Of a stretch of 64,000 nucleotides of DNA, positions 53,911 through 64,000 are shown piece after piece. The translations under genes were made by a program, and so were the position numbers. This DNA is from the human T2T-CHM13v2.0 reference genome, Homo sapiens, in assembly GCF_009914755.1 (NCBI RefSeq), contig NC_060933.1; one strand, 5' to 3'. The notes beneath the pieces were generated by a model. It searched no databases and was not told the origin of the DNA. It worked only from the letters and a program-made list of their open reading frames with translations. Numbering within the stretch: the stretch's first letter is position 1; every line of letters starts with the position of its first letter.

Positions 53911-54527
53911 TACCTACTAGGAGAGCACATGTGACCACAGGGTGAGAGATGGAAGGGATCCCAGCAGATACCACAGTCACCCACAAAGAGGCCTGGCCAG
54001 GCAGTCAAGAGTTGCTGGCTCTGACACCAACTCCTAGTGAGCCTTTGGAAAGATCCTACCCTTCTCTGGACCTCAGTTTATCCTCTAACATGTTTGGGTT
54101 GGGCCCTTCTGGACACAGATAGCTCTAAGTGATTCTGCCTTGACAAGTAATATGTCTTCTATCTCTTACAATTTGGGCTGAGGCCAGCAGGAAGAAAACA
54201 ACACTGAGCCTTCCACCCATTAATATTTCACTTCTCACTAGCCATTTAAAAGCCACTGACAGAATTAACTCCTGAACAAGGGAATGTGTCATTTTCCTCT
54301 TGTCATGCTTGCAAAGTGACAGGGCCTACCAGGTCACAGTCTTCAAATGACTAATTGCCAAGAACAAGGCTGTGGCGCTCAAGGTCAGATCCCTATGTGT
54401 GTGTGAGTGGGAGAGACATGTGCATGCACTTGCACACACACACGCGTGCACACATGCTCACACACGCGTGCTGCACAGACATGCACATGCACACTTACAC
54501 ACAACCTGCCATCTGGGAGCTGACTTA

Positions 54528-54659
<132 letters not shown>

Positions 54660-54749
54660 TCAATGAGTGAAGTCAATTAACAAAGTGCATACTGACTACT
54701 TACTAGGTGCAGGATGCTGGGCCATAGTTCCCTTCTGTCCACAAAAAGG

Positions 54750-55550
54750 TAATTAACATTAACAAAAGAAAAAATACAAATGGCCAATAAACACAGAAAA
54801 AGGTACTCACCACATCACTAATCCAAAAAATGCAAACAAACCATTAAAAAAACCAATATTTTTAACTCATTAGATTAAGAGACTAACGATGCCATTCCTT
54901 GGTGAGGGTCCAGGGAAATGAGTACTCTTCTACGCTAGCATGTACCATGAACTGGACAAGCTTTCCAGAGGGCAGTTTGGCAATATGTATCAAAATGTAA
55001 AAAGAAGCCAGGTACAGTGGCACTCACCTGTCTGTAGTCCCAGCTACTCAAAAGGCTGAGGCAGGAGGATCGCTTGAGCCCAGGAGTTCAAGACTAGCCT
55101 GGGCAACATAGCAAGAACCTGTCTCAAAAACAGGAAAAAGTATGTTTTGGTTTGGCAATCACACTTCTAGGACTTTATCCTAAGGAGATAATTGCCCAAT
55201 TGACCAAAAAAAGTATATATGATATTCATTACATTATTTATAATAGTAATATTTAGTAAAAATCTAGGTATCTATAAACAGGGAACAAACTAAATAATTA
55301 TACACTGAATATAATAAAACCATTAAAAATGATTATACCTGTACTTAGGAACACAGAAAGATATCTAAAGCTTCTATCTTCGAGGGAAAAAGGTGTATGA
55401 CTCCATAACTCCGTAAGCAGATCCATATGAGGCTATGCGGGCAGAGAGATGACTAGAAGGAAGTTCACTAACGTAGCAGTGTGTGGTTATCACTGAGGTC
55501 TGGGACTTTATCTTTTACTTTCTTCTTTATACTTGTATGTACAATTGGAA
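54750..55550 (+). mobile_element. Old L1M(E) fragment with an Alu monomer
   Basis: caaatggccaataaacacagaaaaaggtactcaccacatcactaatc...ggcagtttggcaatatgtatcaaaat. Confidence 0.6.
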
Positions 55551-56889
55551 TTCTTATGTTTTAATTAAAAAGAAACACATTTTCTGGAAATGGGGAACTT
55601 GTCTTAAAAAATAACAGAGCTGGCTGGGGACGGTGGCTCATGCCTGTAATCCTAGCACTTTGGGAGGCCAAGGCGGGCAGATCACCTGAGGTCAGGAGTT
55701 CAAAACCAGCCTCGCTAACATGGCGAAACCCCGTCTCTACTAAAAATACAAAAGTTAGTGAGGCATGGTGGCACACACCTGTAGTCCCAGATACTCCAGG
55801 GGCTTGTGGCAGGAGAATCGCTTGAACCCAGGAGGTGGAGGTTGCAGTGAGCCAAGATCACACCACTGCACTCCGGCCTGGGCGACAGAGTGAGACTCCC
55901 TCTCAAAAATAAATAAATAAATAAGTAAAAAGCAACAGAGCCAATGCCAGAATCAGGACTAACCACCTATAAGTAGGTTCCTGGGTCCCTGGTTAAAATC
56001 ATGTTTGAGAAGACCTAACCTACAGATCACCAACTGTGATGGGTAAGGAACCATGTTTTTACAGGTTCTGCCCAAGTACTATGGAGCCGCTACTCTAGCT
56101 GCACAGAATAAAACTCTGCCCATGTGCGGGGCTGGCTTCATCCTGCAGCATACAAAAAAATCTTCTCCTAGACATCTCTCTACCTTGTCTGTCTTCCACT
56201 GTGCACAGGACACAAGGCGAAAAAGAACCCAGGACACCCACAACTGTCTTCACAGCTGTTTATACCTAGGTACACCCTCCCATGCCACTCTTCCGCAGCC
56301 ATTATGAATGCTGATTTAACATCTACTGGAGTTTTTTGTTAATAAAGAGGCACACTTTCATGACAGAAAAACAAAACAAAACAAAAACCCTATTTGTTCC
56401 ACTAAGAATAATCATAGTTAACATTTATGTCATTTTTTTGTGTAGTGTTTTTTTCCATGTCGCACATTTTAAAAATGATAAAAACAGAAAGTGGTCATAC
56501 AGTACATGATCTTTTAACATGAAAAGTTGCAGTTTCACCTTTACTCCCATTGTTACTTCCAAATAGATCCAATGCTGTTTCTTCTGCATCTTTTTAAACG
56601 TTTTTCCCTGTGTGGCTGCGTAATAGTAGAAATCATATAGGCAATCACATTATTACCTTGTTCTACAGCTTGCTTTTTTCACATCACAATAGATCTTGGT
56701 CATCTTTCCTATCAGTACATATAGAAAATCTAGCTCATTCATTTTAACTGCCTGAAGCCATTATTTTTTTGTGCCGAAACAGTGGTCAGTCTTAGAGCCA
56801 AGAAAGTATCAGGTAGCTACGTCACCCTATTCAATGCAAAGGCTTAGAGATTTCACTAATTCAACATTTTCTTTTCTTTTTTAAGATGA

Positions 56890-57036
<147 letters not shown>

Positions 57037-57278
57037 TAATTTTTAAATTTTTTATAGAAAGGTTGTTTGGGCTGGTCTGGAACTCCTGGGCTCAAGTGAT
57101 CCAATTGCCTCAGCTTCCCAAAGTGCTGGGATTACAGGCATGAGCCACTGTGCCCTGCCCAGAGTTACCATACACTGGAAATAAACAGAAAGGTGGTGAC
57201 CAGAACAGCACTGCTCTCCCCAAGGAACCCCTGCCACCCCATCCTGAAGATATCCCTGCCTGAGTCTGCCCCTTCCTA

Positions 57279-57859
<581 letters not shown>

Positions 57860-58022
57860 GACAGAGTTCCTGGATGGAATTTCACTCCTCTCCTTCTCTT
57901 TTCCCCACTGTGCCCAGCATCATGTCTTACTGACAGTGGATGCTCGACTGAATGAACAAATACATGAAATAAGGAAGAAAGGAATGAATCAGAACAAACT
58001 CAAGGCTCACATTTAACTTTAC

Positions 58023-58094
58023 CTGAGTTAGTTTGCTTTGCCTGAAGGGAGTATGGGTGTGTTCCTGATCCAGTGCTCGGATACATTCCTTCAG
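58023..58094 (-). CDS. KIF24: KIF24 motor-domain exon ([24 protein letters not shown])
   Basis: Kinesin-13 KECIRAL and H-x-PFR-x-SKLT motifs; acceptor tttgcag, donor CAG|gtaaag; 72 nt. Confidence 0.97.
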
Positions 58095-59038
58095 CTGCAA
58101 AGTGGGAGAACAAGCACATCAAGTATCAAGTGCAAAGGGAGAGTAACAGACCTGATGCCGCCTCCACAGGAAGCTTGTTTTTCTTCAATAAACCACACTC
58201 AGACAATCCTCCAAAAGGAAGTCAAAATGGCCTGTAGTTTCCATTCAACAAGAGAAACCAAGCTAGATTGGGAAACACCATCCTGTGCTGCCTAGCTGAA
58301 GGCCTCCCAGCTTAGAGGCTGGGATCCTAGGACTGGCCCTGAGTTGACGGCGGGGAACAGACAGACGCTGGGACCTACCCTCAAGTCCCAGAGTTCAAGC
58401 TCATGTGGTGGTAGTTCTGGCTTGCTGGCTCCCTTTCTCTCCTCACATTCTTCCCAACTGTTGATGCACTTAAACAGACAAAATATCTATATCCACTTCC
58501 CCACTCCCTGCTCACACATGCACACCCGTTGGCGTAGAGTCAAGCATAGATTCAGATATAAACTATCTGAATGGGGTAGGAGAAATTCTAGAGCCAGAGC
58601 TAGAAGGAAACTGAGAAATCACCTAGGCCTACCCCCTCGTTTTATTTATTTTTTTCTTAATTTTTTTTTTTTTTTTTGTAGAGATGGGGGTCTCTGTATA
58701 TTGTTGCCCAGGCTGGTCTCAAACTCCTGGCCTCAAATGATCCTCCTGCCTCAGCCTCCTGGAGTGCTGGGATTACAGCCAGCACTTTGACCACACACAA
58801 TTAAAAACGACCCTTCATTTAAAAACAGCAGGGTCTGTGGCCCAAAGGCAAAGGAATGTTCCTTGCTCATGGCTGTACTCCCTCAGTGAGAAGCGCTCAT
58901 TGGACATGATAAGGACAGCAGAGATCTGGATATGTGGACCTCCAGGGGAAACACTCCCATCAGAAACAGTGGTGGGGGTCGTGGGGGGCAAGATGAGGGA
59001 GGAGAGACCTTCTATTTCTGAGTGATGCATCTAGGCTA

Positions 59039-59440
<402 letters not shown>

Positions 59441-59779
59441 CTATGGCTGTTCTTAGCAGCAGCCACAGATGCCCGCAACTGCCCTACCTCTATCCAAGAA
59501 GCTGCAGGGTATAAACAGGTGTGAGGAAATTTCCTCTTTTATTAAAAATCTATCCAGTATTCCCCAACTTTAGCACTGAGAAGATTCTCCACTGAGAACG
59601 AACAAGTAATCAAACCCTGTTCCTCACAGACTCAAATTCAAGCGTGGCCACCAATCCCTACAAGCTTTTTTTCTTTTTTTAAATAAAAAAAGTTTGGCTC
59701 CCTCTCTCACCCTCCCAACTTACCCCTCATGAAGTCTGGAAAGAATGTACCTACCTGGAGACTTCAGTTCTGATAAAAA

Positions 59780-63860
<4,081 letters not shown>

Positions 63861-64000
63861 AATATAATTTTAAAGCTTGGGGAAAGAGAGAAAGCTTAGC
63901 GGAGTTAACCATTCAGCAACTGCAGAAATACTTCTGTTCCTAATTGGCATGGATTGACCAGGGGAAAAGAAGGCAAGGAGAGAAGAAAATAGTTGCCTAG

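Overview
Human/great-ape genomic DNA that matches the UBAP1-KIF24 locus (9p13.3, recognised from the encoded proteins). The + strand holds all six coding exons of UBAP1, which splice to 1509 nt = 502 aa + stop, followed by its 3'UTR; exon 1 lies upstream of the window. The - strand holds the last five exons of the kinesin-13 gene KIF24 (end of the motor domain, a 2247-nt tail exon and the C-terminal coiled coil). The two genes converge tail-to-tail, with opposing AATAAA hexamers 33 nt apart. The introns are very Alu-rich (roughly 60 Alu/monomer pieces). They also carry a 3-kb 5'-truncated L1PB, older L1M/L2/MIR fragments, Tigger3/Tigger4a/MER20/MER33 DNA transposons, a 5S rRNA pseudogene, a full-length RPS8 retrocopy and an RPS21 retro-fragment. 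The most interesting observations are: (1) a +1 reading frame that stays open across UBAP1 exons 2-3-4, giving an overlapping basic microprotein and exon-skipping frame-switch logic; (2) the shared convergent polyadenylation zone with a nearby CTCF site; (3) an Alu that co-inserted 30 bp copied from 1.1 kb away; (4) a 26-nt polyadenylated micro-retrocopy with a target-site duplication (TSD); (5) a ~520-bp pyrimidine tract upstream of the start-codon exon; (6) a UG-flanked cryptic donor in KIF24. I found no evidence of a wholly new gene system. Repeat boundaries and subfamily names were assigned by eye and are approximate.
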